Origin: Reyranellaceae bacterium
GTDB lineage: Bacteria > Pseudomonadota > Alphaproteobacteria > Reyranellales > Reyranellaceae
Direction: 5' to 3'
NCBI GenBank assembly: GCA_046349275.1
Contig: JAXMCN010000019.1
Location: forward strand, 31,053 to 95,052
Length of the DNA stretch: 64,000 bases
Below, one piece after another: positions 45,418 to 53,945 of this stretch (the stretch's first letter is position 1; every line of letters begins with the position of its first letter). The notes below the pieces were generated by a model that had not been told where the DNA came from, did not search any database, and worked only from the letters and a program-made list of their open reading frames with translations. The translations under genes and the position numbers were made by a program.

Positions 45418-47590
45418 TGACGGCCTTTCGCGGCAGGCTGGTGGCGCCGAACAGGGCTTCGATCCGGTCGAGGCGGCGCGCGCTCTCCTCGGCCAGGGCG
45501 CCGCGCACCTGCAGCATGCTGCACAGCGCCTCGAGCCCGGCGGCGCGCGCCGGCGCGCTGTCGGGCAGCAGGCGCGGGATGGCGCGGACGGCACGTTCCT
45601 CGTCGAGCCGCAGCAGCAGGTACTGCTCCTTCAGGGTCGCCTTCAGATCGCCGAGGGACACTCGGTCGTTGACCGGCTGCATGGCGCGGATCGCCTGCAG
45701 CATGGCATAGCCGCGCTCGTCGACGCTGCCCTCCGGCATGCGGACGTAGATGAGCGCCCGCAGCACGGCCTGCGGCAGACCGCCGACCTCGAAGCGGCTC
45801 TCGAGCTCGGCGCGCAGCTTGGCGGTGTCGGCCTCGCGCTCGAGATCGCGCGCGATGCGCTGCTCGCCGCCGGCGTGCTGCGGCCCCAGCCCGACCAGCG
45901 CCTGCAGCACGGGCGCGCCGTAGGCGGCGAGGAACGTCGCCTCGGTCATGGCGTCGCGGGCGACGCGATAGCCTTCCCAGGCCGTCGTGATCCAGGTCGA
46001 GGCGACCTGCTCCAGCGCCAGCAGCGGATTGTCCGGCGCCGCCGGCCGACGGTCGGCGCGCACCTGGGCCGCGAGGTCCTTGACCGGCGCCATGGCGGGA
46101 TTGCGGTCCGAGAAGGCGGCGAAGCGCAGCCGGCTGGGATGCATCTGGCGCATCGCCTCGGCCGAGGCGTCGCTGGCCAGCGCCTGCACCACCGGCTGGG
46201 CCAGGGTCTTGTAGAGGCCGAGATTGACCTCCGAGACGCGGGCCGCGGCGGCGAAGCGCCTGGTGTCCTCCTCGCTGTTGCCGCCCAGCGCACGGATGTC
46301 GTCCAGGGTGCGCGCCTCGAGGCGCATCAGGTACTTGCCGTGGATCAGGTCCGGCCGCTCGGTGCCGGGCGCCACCTCGTCGATCACCGCCTCGTAGAGG
46401 CCGGGCGGCATCATGTCGATCATCTCCATGCAGGAGGCGAACTCGGCATGCTCGCGGGTCGCCACCTTGCCCGAGACGAAGATGCCGAGATGGCCGATCG
46501 TCTGGTGCAAGGTGTAGACGATGGTCTGGCCGTTGGCGACGATCTCGTCCTCGTGGCCGTACAGGTCGGTGACCCAGCCCAGCGCCTGCTGCGGCGGCGT
46601 GATGTTGTCGCCCCACGAGCACAGCACGATGATCGGCGACCTGATGTTGCGCAGATCGACGCGCAGCCCGGTCGAGGTGCGCAGCTCGCCCGAGGTCAGC
46701 TTGTTGCCGACGAACAGGTTGTCGGCGATCCACTGCATCTCGCCGGCATTGAGCAGCACAGGGCTGCCCCACCAGGTCTCGAAGTCGAGGAAGCGTTCGG
46801 CCTCGGTGTCGATCCTGGAATAGACGTTGTAGGCCTTCTCCCAGTAGGTGTTGGCCGGGTTCAGCGATTCGAAGTTCGAGACCAGGTTGGCGCCGTCGAA
46901 GATGCCGTTGCCGAGATCGCCGGCCAGCGCCGTCAGCCAGGTGCCGCCCAGCATGCCGCCGAGATAGCGCATCGGGTTGGCGCCGCGGACTCCCGCCCAA
47001 TAGGACAGCGGCGATCCGGCCAGCAGGATCGGCCCGACGATCTCCGGCCGGATGGCGGCCATCATCATGATCTGCCAGCCGGCCTGGCAGTTGCCGACGA
47101 TCACCGGCTTGCCCTCGGCCTCGGGATGGCGGCGCGCCACCTCCTCGATGAAGGCCGCTTCGGCGGCGCAGACGTCCTCGATGGTCTGGCCGGGCACCGG
47201 CTCGGGCAGGAAGCCGATGAAATAGCAGGCATGACCGGCCGCCAGGGCGACGCCGATCTCGCTCTCCTGCTTCATGCCACCGATCCCCGGCCCGTGCCCG
47301 GCGCGCGGATCGACCACGACGAAAGGCGGCTTCGCCGGGTCGATGACCGTGCCGGCGTGCGGCACGATGCGGGTCAGCCCGTAGTTGACCGGGCGCGGCA
47401 GGGTGCGACCGTCGCCGATCACCTCGAAGTCGAAGCTCAGCACATGCGGCGCCGTGCGCTCGGTGCGCTCCTGATAGGTGTTGCCGCGCTGGCGCAGCAC
47501 GTCGAGGGCCAGGATCGAGCGCTGCCAGGCGTCGATCCAATAATCCTGCACGAAACTAAGGCCGGGGTTCGGACCGAACGGGGCCGACAT
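45410..47590 (-). CDS. DUF3141 alpha/beta-hydrolase (PHA synthase/depolymerase-like)
   Basis: DPRAGHGPGIGG, GNCQAG, GDNITPP, GHLGIFVSG; AAGGAG RBS. Confidence 0.88.
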   Translation of the reverse strand: MSAPFGPNPGLSFVQDYWIDAWQRSILALDVLRQRGNTYQERTERTAPHVLSFDFEVIGDGRTLPRPVNYGLTRIVPHAGTVIDPAKPPFVVVDPRAGHGPGIGGMKQESEIGVALAAGHACYFIGFLPEPVPGQTIEDVCAAEAAFIEEVARRHPEAEGKPVIVGNCQAGWQIMMMAAIRPEIVGPILLAGSPLSYWAGVRGANPMRYLGGMLGGTWLTALAGDLGNGIFDGANLVSNFESLNPANTYWEKAYNVYSRIDTEAERFLDFETWWGSPVLLNAGEMQWIADNLFVGNKLTSGELRTSTGLRVDLRNIRSPIIVLCSWGDNITPPQQALGWVTDLYGHEDEIVANGQTIVYTLHQTIGHLGIFVSGKVATREHAEFASCMEMIDMMPPGLYEAVIDEVAPGTERPDLIHGKYLMRLEARTLDDIRALGGNSEEDTRRFAAAARVSEVNLGLYKTLAQPVVQALASDASAEAMRQMHPSRLRFAAFSDRNPAMAPVKDLAAQVRADRRPAAPDNPLLALEQVASTWITTAWEGYRVARDAMTEATFLAAYGAPVLQALVGLGPQHAGGEQRIARDLEREADTAKLRAELESRFEVGGLPQAVLRALIYVRMPEGSVDERGYAMLQAIRAMQPVNDRVSLGDLKATLKEQYLLLRLDEERAVRAIPRLLPDSAPARAAGLEALCSMLQVRGALAEESARRLDRIEALFGATSLPRKAVNA

Positions 47591-47663
47591 TGCGATCTCC
47601 TTGTGGGGCGGGAGGGCCAGCGGCCGCTCGGCAGGCTGTGTGCCACAAACCAATGACGGCTCC

Positions 47664-47677
47664 TTGACGTCGATCAA
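47664..47677. promoter_or_regulatory. FixK/FNR box between divergent DUF3141 operon and CBS gene
   Basis: TTGAC-GTCG-ATCAA; weaker second site TTGTT-GCAA-ATCGA at 47703-47716. Confidence 0.7.
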
Positions 47678-47732
47678 GGGCGGCCGCGGCCGCACGCTCT
47701 ATTTGTTGCAAATCGATGACACGAGGTCCCTC

Positions 47733-48152
47733 ATGCGCAAGCTGTCCGATGTCGTCCTGCTCCAGCAACCCCTGATTCTCAACGAGACGGCGAGCGTCAT
47801 GGCGGCCTGCGAGCGCATGCGCGACACCCAGGCCGGCTCCGTTCTGGTGGCTGGGGAAACAGGCCGCCTGGCCGGCATCTTCACCGGCCGCGACGCGGTG
47901 TGCCGGGTGCTGGCCGAAGGCCGCGACCCGGCCACGACGCCGCTCGGCCAGGTCATGACGCGCGATCCGATCACCTTGTCTCCCGAGCAGAGCGCGATCG
48001 ACGCGCTGCGCCTGATGTGGGACGGCGGCTTTCGGCACGTGCCCCTGGTCAAGGCCGGCAGGATTCTCGGCGTGGTCTCCCGCGGCGACTTCAAGGGGCT
48101 GGAGTTCAGCCGTCACGAGGACGAGCGCGACCTCTGGGAGCATATGCGCTGA
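47733..48152 (+). CDS. CBS domain protein
   Basis: LAGIFTGRD, VMTRDP, FRHVPLV, GVVSRGD; GAGG RBS. Confidence 0.9.
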   Translation: MRKLSDVVLLQQPLILNETASVMAACERMRDTQAGSVLVAGETGRLAGIFTGRDAVCRVLAEGRDPATTPLGQVMTRDPITLSPEQSAIDALRLMWDGGFRHVPLVKAGRILGVVSRGDFKGLEFSRHEDERDLWEHMR

Positions 48153-48726
48153 CGTCCTCGACCTGATGCAGCAGGGCGATCACGCCGTCGTCGTCGTCCA
48201 GCACCGGGGAATTGAGCGGCCGCCAGTGACGCTCGACGAAGTGCCCGTCGGCATCGCGCACGTCGTAGCGCTGGACCGGCATCTCGTGCGGCCGCCGGGT
48301 CTCCGCCGCCGTGCGCAGGGAGGCATAGAGGTTGGCGACCCCGTCGGCGTCGGGATCGTCGGGATTGTCGGGAAAGACCTCGAACAGGGGCCGATCGCAG
48401 AGATCGGCCCGCGACGTCAGGGTAGCGCGCAGGTAGGCGTCGCTGACCTCGAGGATGACCAGGCCGGGGCCCGGATCGAGCACCAGCAGCAGCCGGTCGC
48501 CACCCGCCAGCTCACGGCGGAAGAAGGCAAGATAATCGGCCAGCGCGGTGCGATCGGCCGGCCTGCGAGGGGCGTCGACGCCGGCGCGGGCCGAGGACAG
48601 GACCGCGAACTCGCGCTCGGCCTGGACCAGCAGATGGCCGATCGTGCGGCGCGTCGCGGCATCCGTCTCGTGCGCGAGCCGGGCCTGGAACCGCAGGATG
48701 TTCTGGCGCAGGACGAACTGCTGCAT
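48106..48726 (-). CDS. Stand-alone PAS domain protein
   Basis: LFEVFPDNP, QRYDV, HWRPLNSPV, HQVEDVS; start at MQQFVLRQNI. Confidence 0.7.
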   Translation of the reverse strand: MQQFVLRQNILRFQARLAHETDAATRRTIGHLLVQAEREFAVLSSARAGVDAPRRPADRTALADYLAFFRRELAGGDRLLLVLDPGPGLVILEVSDAYLRATLTSRADLCDRPLFEVFPDNPDDPDADGVANLYASLRTAAETRRPHEMPVQRYDVRDADGHFVERHWRPLNSPVLDDDDGVIALLHQVEDVSAYAPRGRARPRDG

Positions 48727-48812
48727 GGGGCGGGCAACGACGCAGAGGTCCGGCGACTCTACGCTCCGCATCGCGGCGCCGCCATGCGGGGTGGCGACGA
48801 ACTTCGCCGGTT

Positions 48813-49610
48813 TCAGTAGTGCGCCACCACGCGCTTGCGATCGGCGATCGACTTGCGGTCGTCGTAGCGCTTCTTGTCCGAGCGCGGCGGCAACTTGACC
48901 TCGGGCGGGTCGAGCCTCTCGTAAGGAACTTGCGACAGGATGTGCCTGATGACGTTCAGGCGCGCCCGCTTCTTGTCGTCGGAATGAACGATGTGCCAGG
49001 GCGCGTAGTCGGTGTCGGTGTGCTCGAACATGAGGTCGCGGGCGCGGGAATACTCGTACCAGCGCTTGTAGGATTCGAGATCCATCGGGCTCAGCTTCCA
49101 CTGCCGGACGGGATCCTCGATGCGCGCCTTGAAGCGCCGCTCCTGCTCCTCCTGGCCGACTTCCAGCCAGATCTTGATCAGGCGGATGCCGCCTTCGACC
49201 AGGAACTTCTCGACGATCGGGCAGAGTTCGAGGAAGCGCCGATGCTCCTGGGGCGAGCAGAAGCCCATCACGTACTCGACGCCGGCGCGGTTGTACCAGC
49301 TGCGGTCGAAGATGACGGCCTCGCCGCCGGCCGGGAAGCGCTCGACGTAGCGCTGGACGTACATCTGGCTCTTCTCGCGATCGGACGGGGCCGGCAGCGC
49401 GACCACGCGAAAGACGCGCGGGCTCACCCGCTCGGTGATCGCCTTGATGGTGCCGCCCTTGCCTGCGGCGTCCCGCCCCTCGAGCACGACGACCACCCGC
49501 TCCCGGCTGGCCTTCAGCCAGGCCTGCAGGACGCAGAGCTCCTCCTGCAGCTTGCGCAGTTCCTTCTCGTAGGCCTTGCGGCCCATCCGTTCCCGCTTGT
49601 CCTTGGCCAT
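48813..49610 (-). CDS. ppk2: Polyphosphate kinase 2
   Basis: EGRDAAGKGG, FDRSWYNRAGVE, WKLSPMD. Confidence 0.95.
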   Translation of the reverse strand: MAKDKRERMGRKAYEKELRKLQEELCVLQAWLKASRERVVVVLEGRDAAGKGGTIKAITERVSPRVFRVVALPAPSDREKSQMYVQRYVERFPAGGEAVIFDRSWYNRAGVEYVMGFCSPQEHRRFLELCPIVEKFLVEGGIRLIKIWLEVGQEEQERRFKARIEDPVRQWKLSPMDLESYKRWYEYSRARDLMFEHTDTDYAPWHIVHSDDKKRARLNVIRHILSQVPYERLDPPEVKLPPRSDKKRYDDRKSIADRKRVVAHY

Positions 49611-49647
49611 GCTGCTCTCCTGCCTGGATTGGCGATCGGCCGCCTCG

Positions 49648-50598
49648 TCACCGCCGGGCCTCGGCGCTCGCCCGCGACAGGCCGACGGTGAACCAGACGT
49701 TCCAGCCTTCGGGCCGGTTCTGGGCCGCGAATTCCTTGTAGCCGCGCAGGCTGAGGTCGACGGCGACCGGGCCGAGCGAGAACGAGCCGCCGAGCTGCGG
49801 TCCGGCGCCGGCGACGCGCGACTGGAAGCCGCCGAGCCATGGCGGCGCGCCGGTATCCGAGCCGAGCTGGTTGAACAGGTAGGCGACGGCGCCGACGTAG
49901 AAGGAGTCGCTGAACGACCACGACGTCCCGAAGTCGAGATGGCCGTCGACGCCGCTCTGATAGCCGGTGGTCGGATTGACGAAGTTGTAGGTCATCCCGG
50001 CCGTCAGCGAGGCTTCGAAGCCGCCCGCCGACTGGAAGGTGTAGCCCATGCCCCAGTCGAGCGCCCAGTGGCCGAGCCCGACGCCGGCCGTCCGGTTGGG
50101 ATCGTAGGCGCCGAGCGGCACACCGGCCGTGGTGTAGGCCATGAAATTGTGCGCGCCGACCTGCCACTTGAGACTGGCCATCGGGTAGAGGTCGCTGATG
50201 CCGCTGGCGGTGTCGCTGACCGAGGTGGCGATCGCGTTGCCGCGCGGCCCGGTCAGGCCTCCCCAGGTCGATGCCTGGTTGCGCCCGGCCGAGAAGGTCG
50301 CGCCGAGCCAGAGCTGGCCGTGCAGCACGGGATCGGCAAACGCGTATCCCGGGGTCAGGTAGACATACTGCTCGATGGTATCGAGGCCGTTCAGCACGCG
50401 CCCGCCGCGCGGCAAGCTGACGCTCGCCGCGGCGGTGGCGTTGCGCACGTAGAAGATGGTTTCGACGGCGAAGCCGGGATCGGCGGGCACCGCGGCGAAG
50501 CTCGCGAACTGACCGGGCAGCCAGAAGCTCGCCCCGCCCTCGTCGGCGTGTGCCGGGAGGGCGACCAGCACCAACGCCGCTGCCGAAGCCCATCGCAT
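49648..50598 (-). CDS. SphA/MetA-pathway family outer-membrane transporter
   Basis: Signal peptide + DEGGASFWLPGQF; PLGAYD; YKEFAAQNRPEG. Confidence 0.8.
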   Translation of the reverse strand: MRWASAAALVLVALPAHADEGGASFWLPGQFASFAAVPADPGFAVETIFYVRNATAAASVSLPRGGRVLNGLDTIEQYVYLTPGYAFADPVLHGQLWLGATFSAGRNQASTWGGLTGPRGNAIATSVSDTASGISDLYPMASLKWQVGAHNFMAYTTAGVPLGAYDPNRTAGVGLGHWALDWGMGYTFQSAGGFEASLTAGMTYNFVNPTTGYQSGVDGHLDFGTSWSFSDSFYVGAVAYLFNQLGSDTGAPPWLGGFQSRVAGAGPQLGGSFSLGPVAVDLSLRGYKEFAAQNRPEGWNVWFTVGLSRASAEARR

Positions 50599-50632
50599 CG
50601 TTTGTTTCTACCCCGCGCAACGCCCGGAAGGC

Positions 50633-50646
50633 TTGCGCAAAATCAA
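50633..50646. promoter_or_regulatory. FixK/FNR-type box between divergent SphA-like and DUF2254 genes
   Basis: TTGCG-CAAA-ATCAA. Confidence 0.6.
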
Positions 50647-50737
50647 GACGCTCGGGCGCATCGTGTGGAACAAGACTTGCCCTGAGCGACGTCGCGTCGG
50701 GGTGGCTGGGACGCCCCGCCAGCAGGATCGGATCGAC

Positions 50738-52024
50738 ATGAAGTGGGTCACCGTCTACCGCCTCAAGGAGTTCGCGCGGACCTCGTTCTGGCTGTTCCCG
50801 TCGCTGGCGATCGGCGCGGCGTGGCTGCTCACGAAGCTGATCCTGTGGTTCCTGCCCGATCCGCACTGGCCGCGCTTCGACACCGCCGACATCGACGGCC
50901 TGCGCTCGTCGATGAGCGCCTTCGCGACCTCGATGCTGACCTTCGTGGTCTACGCCGTGTCGGCCCTGCTGCTGGCCGTGCAGCTCGCCAGCGGCCAGAT
51001 CACGCCGCGCATGATCCGGCTGACCTTCAGCCGCTGGGAGATGAAGTTCGCCACCAGCGTCTTCGTCTTCGCGTTCGGCGTGACCATGGTGGCGCTGGCC
51101 AACCTGTCGTCCGAGCAGCGCCATTCGGTGATGCTGATGGCGGCGATCGTCGGCAATGTCGGAAGCGTCCTGGTGTTCTTCTGGTTCGTCCAGGAGGTCG
51201 GCCTGGGCCTGCGGCCGGTCGCCATCCTCAAGAAGATCTGTGACGACGGAAAGGTCACGCTCGACGCCGTCTATCCGCGCCCCTTCGAGTCCGAGGAGCC
51301 GCAGCAGACCCCGCCCGAGCTGACCGGCAGCGGCCGCCTGGTGCACCTGACCGGGGCGTCGGGCACCTTCCTCGCCTTCGGCATCGCCGACCTCGTGGCC
51401 CTGGCCCGCCGTCACGACTGCACGATCGAGCTGACCGCGCAGGTCGGCGACTTCCTGTCGACCGGCGACGGGCTGGCGCGCGTCCATCCTGCCGCGGCGG
51501 CGGTCGACGACCAGTCGATCAACGACATCGTCGCCTTCGGACCGGAACGCACCTTGCGCCAGGATCCGCTGTTCGCCTTCCGCATCATCGTCGACGTGGC
51601 GGCGCGGGCGCTGTCGCCGGCGGTCAACGATCCGACGACGGCGGTGCTGGCGCTCGACCAGATCCATCGCCTGCTGCGCCATGCCGGTCACAAGAACCTC
51701 GACAACAGCCACGTGCGAGATGCAGACGGCCGGCTGCGCCTGGTCTTCCCGACGCCGGACTGGGACGACATCGTCGACCTCGCGGTCACCGAGATCCGTC
51801 AGTACGGCGCCACCAGCATCCAGGTGGTGCGCCGGCTGCGGGCGATGCTCGAACACCTGATCCGGCGCCTGCCCGAGAGCCGCACCGCGGCGCTGCGCCG
51901 CGAGCTCGAGGTGCTCGACCAGGCCGTGGCGCGCAGCTTTCCCGACGCCGAGGACCGCCGGCGCGCCAGCATCGCCGACCTGCAGGGGCTGGGCGGCTCG
52001 TCGTCGCGGGTCGACGACGTCTGA
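50738..52024 (+). CDS. DUF2254 membrane protein
   Basis: QLASGQITPR, ERTLRQDP, RALSPAVNDPTTA, EIRQYG. Confidence 0.9.
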   Translation: MKWVTVYRLKEFARTSFWLFPSLAIGAAWLLTKLILWFLPDPHWPRFDTADIDGLRSSMSAFATSMLTFVVYAVSALLLAVQLASGQITPRMIRLTFSRWEMKFATSVFVFAFGVTMVALANLSSEQRHSVMLMAAIVGNVGSVLVFFWFVQEVGLGLRPVAILKKICDDGKVTLDAVYPRPFESEEPQQTPPELTGSGRLVHLTGASGTFLAFGIADLVALARRHDCTIELTAQVGDFLSTGDGLARVHPAAAAVDDQSINDIVAFGPERTLRQDPLFAFRIIVDVAARALSPAVNDPTTAVLALDQIHRLLRHAGHKNLDNSHVRDADGRLRLVFPTPDWDDIVDLAVTEIRQYGATSIQVVRRLRAMLEHLIRRLPESRTAALRRELEVLDQAVARSFPDAEDRRRASIADLQGLGGSSSRVDDV

Positions 52025-52025
52025 G

Positions 52026-52958
52026 TCAGCCGCCCCGCCGCAAGGTGAACAGCACGGCCTCGGCGGGACAGTTGAAGCGCAGCCGCGGCCCGGAGACGCC
52101 GAGCCCGTTGCTGGTGTAGCCGGTCATGGCGTCCCACCGCCAAAGGCCCTTCGCGGCGGAGCGGCAGCGTGCGAGGTGGGTGGCGATCGGCCGTCCGCCG
52201 GGCGGGCAGACCTGACCGCCATGCGTGTGGCCGCAAAGGTAGAGGTCGCAGCCGGCCGCCGCGGCCCGATCGGCCAGCTCGGCGGAATGGATCAGGGCGA
52301 GGCGGAAGGCAGCGCGCTCCGGCGGCCGCGCCTCGAGCGCCCGGAGGGCGGCCTCGGTGTAGAAGTAATGCACGTCGTCGAGCCCGGTGACGTGCAGCCG
52401 GTCGCCGCCGCGCTCGAGCACGATCGAGCGGTTGACGAGCACCTCGAAGCCCAGCCCGACCAGCGCGTCGGCCATCTCGGCCGGGTCGTGGTTGCCCAGG
52501 ATGGCGAGCCGCCGGTCGCGCACGCGCACCCCCGACAGGACCTCGGCGAGCAGGCCGGTCGCGCGCTCGATCGGGGCATCGTGGCGGCCCTGCACGTCGC
52601 CGGTCAGGACCAGCAGGTCGACCTCCAGACCGTCCAGCAGGCGGCGGGCGATCGGCGCCAGCTCGGGCAAGTGGTCGAGATGGGTGTCGCTCACCTGCAG
52701 CAGGCGCAGGCCGTCGAAGGCGCCGGGCAAGCGCGGCAGGGCGAGCTCGATCTCGGCCAGCCGCGGCGCCAGGGCGTTGCGCCGGCCGATGGCGTGCAGC
52801 GGGGTCGCGCGCAGCGCCAGGCCGCCCAGGGTCACCACCAGGTCCGACACGCGCTTGCGCCATTTCGGGGAAGCGCCGGCCGGGCTGACGCTGACCGGGC
52901 CGCGCTCGAGCGCGCGGCGGCGGGCCAGCCAGGCGCGGTGCTGGTCCGCCGCGTCCAT
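52026..52958 (-). CDS. Metallophosphoesterase (YkuE-like)
   Basis: SDTH, LTGD, LGNHD, GHTHGGQ motifs. Confidence 0.9.
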   Translation of the reverse strand: MDAADQHRAWLARRRALERGPVSVSPAGASPKWRKRVSDLVVTLGGLALRATPLHAIGRRNALAPRLAEIELALPRLPGAFDGLRLLQVSDTHLDHLPELAPIARRLLDGLEVDLLVLTGDVQGRHDAPIERATGLLAEVLSGVRVRDRRLAILGNHDPAEMADALVGLGFEVLVNRSIVLERGGDRLHVTGLDDVHYFYTEAALRALEARPPERAAFRLALIHSAELADRAAAAGCDLYLCGHTHGGQVCPPGGRPIATHLARCRSAAKGLWRWDAMTGYTSNGLGVSGPRLRFNCPAEAVLFTLRRGG

Positions 52959-52963
52959 CGCCG

Positions 52964-53860
52964 TCAGGTGTTCTGCACGAAGGTCTGGATCAGGGCGACC
53001 AAGGTCTCCGGCGCATCCTCCTGGCTGAAGTGGCCGGCGCCCGGCAGCTCGACGATCGGCCGGCTCGGCCACAGGGCGCGGAAGTCGGCCTTCTGGACCT
53101 CGGGGTCGATGGCATGGTCCTTCATGCCGACCGCCAGCATGGCCGGCTTGGCCTTGAGCGCGTCGACCAGCGGGAAGCCCTCGCGCACGTAAGGAAGAAT
53201 ACGGCCGAGCAGGGCGTCGAGCGGGAACTCGATGGCGCCGATGCAGTCGTCGCGGGTCGCGAACGGCGCGCCGTAGGCGGCCAGCCAATGGTCGTCGACC
53301 GCCGCCGAGTTCTCGAAGCCGATCAGCTTCATGATGCTGAGCACATTCACGTCGAGATGGCCGAGCACCTCGTGCAGGGTGCCGGCGTCATGGTGCTTCT
53401 TCACGAAGGCGAACCACGGGGTCAGCGTCTCGCTGCGGGCACGGCCGTAGCCGCACAGCGTGTTGAGCAGGAATAGCCGCCTGACCCGCTCGGGATGGCG
53501 CAAGGTGTAGGCGGCGGCGATCGGCCCGCCCCAGTCCTGGGCGACGAAGGTGACGTCACGCAAGTCGAGGTCGGCCAGCAGGCCGGCCAAGTTCTCGACG
53601 TGGGTCTTCAGCGTGTAGGCGCGGTCGCGCGGCGTCGCGCTCTTGCCGAAGCCCATGTGGTCGGGAACGACGACGCGGTGCCCGGCGGCCAGGGGCGGGA
53701 TGAACCGCCGGTAGAGATAGCCCCAGGTCGGCTCGCCGTGCAGGCAGACGATCGGCTCGCCCCGCCCCTCGTCGACATAGTGCATGCGAAAGCCGTTGCC
53801 GTCGAAGAAGTGCGGCGCGAACGGCCAGGTCCCGCCAAAGGTCTCGTCGGCTGCGATCAT
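52964..53860 (-). CDS. Alpha/beta hydrolase, haloalkane dehalogenase-like
   Basis: HYVDEG, HGEPTW, DHMGFGKS, QDWGG, AGHFSQED. Confidence 0.85.
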   Translation of the reverse strand: MIAADETFGGTWPFAPHFFDGNGFRMHYVDEGRGEPIVCLHGEPTWGYLYRRFIPPLAAGHRVVVPDHMGFGKSATPRDRAYTLKTHVENLAGLLADLDLRDVTFVAQDWGGPIAAAYTLRHPERVRRLFLLNTLCGYGRARSETLTPWFAFVKKHHDAGTLHEVLGHLDVNVLSIMKLIGFENSAAVDDHWLAAYGAPFATRDDCIGAIEFPLDALLGRILPYVREGFPLVDALKAKPAMLAVGMKDHAIDPEVQKADFRALWPSRPIVELPGAGHFSQEDAPETLVALIQTFVQNT

Positions 53861-53945
53861 CAGGCTCCCCCGGGCATCCTGACAGGACACCGTGTTTCTG
53901 GTCATATCGCGACCGACGACGATCGACCACCCGCGGGAACCCTTC

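Noticed and set aside
50633-50737. Upstream TTG starts in the ORF track at 50633 (also 62246 and 41569)
   Set aside because: These TTGs are the ends of FixK-type boxes; downstream ATGs (50738, 62198, and 41498 in another frame) fit the domain boundaries better.
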